Assembly (NCBI GenBank): GCA_963695555.1
Contig: CAVOGR010000008.1
Location: 1-53,009, forward strand
DNA: 53,009 nt
Source: an uncultured Gemmatimonadales bacterium
GTDB taxonomy: Bacteria > Gemmatimonadota > Gemmatimonadetes > Gemmatimonadales > GWC2-71-9
Reading direction: 5' to 3'
The first letter of the stretch is position 1. Every line of letters begins with the position of its first letter. The notes beneath the pieces were generated by a model, which worked only from the letters and a program-made list of their open reading frames with translations, was not told the origin of the DNA and made no database searches. The translations under genes and the position numbers were made by a program. This document shows positions 52,963-53,009 of this stretch, piece after piece.

Positions 52963-53009
52963 GCCTAACGAATCCCGCGTCAGTGGCGGGCCACTCAGCC
53001 CGCCTGCTC
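52963..53009 (-). repeat. attC family A, cut by window end
   Basis: GCCTAACGAATCCCGCGTCAGTGGCGGGCC... Confidence 0.85.

Larger units (their letters stand above)
39205..53009 (-). mobile_element. Integron gene-cassette array (20 cassettes; integrase not in window)
   Basis: 20 imperfect palindromes with RYYYAAC...GTTRRRY ends, mostly single genes between them, stop codons often inside R'', TA cassettes present. Confidence 0.93.

Noticed and set aside
42320..53009. CRISPR array interpretation of the repeats
   Set aside because: Repeats are ~107 bp, spacers are 190-800 bp and often contain genes, ends are attC-like, and no cas genes are present

Overview
High-GC bacterial chromosomal segment, probably Gemmatimonadota/FCB-like (inferred from protein types). 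It has many single-base frameshifts suggestive of long-read indel errors. The left 39 kb is mostly core and accessory genes: a MATE pump, two tandem ~1,290-aa paralogous secreted proteins with a FlgD/T9SS-like C-terminal domain, a TPR-HD-GYP gene with a sigma54-type promoter, tRNA-Arg(TCT), a Zn-metalloprotease, an NSS transporter, a TetR-TolC-MFP-RND efflux operon, a GH36, an M28 peptidase, mtgA, a DUF362 protein and a PQQ-propeller protein. A creatininase gene is split by a 2,375-bp photolyase/DUF427 insert flanked by a 15-bp direct repeat. The right 14 kb (about 39,200 to the end) is an integron cassette array read on the minus strand: 20 attC sites plus one remnant, 14 of them a near-identical 106-109-bp family, with no integrase in the window. 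The array includes HigBA and BrnTA cassettes with their own leaderless promoters and a tandem-duplicated cassette. Most notable is a three-copy family of ~300-bp gene-less cassettes with a dedicated attC variant, two of which carry a palindrome also found upstream of two chromosomal genes.
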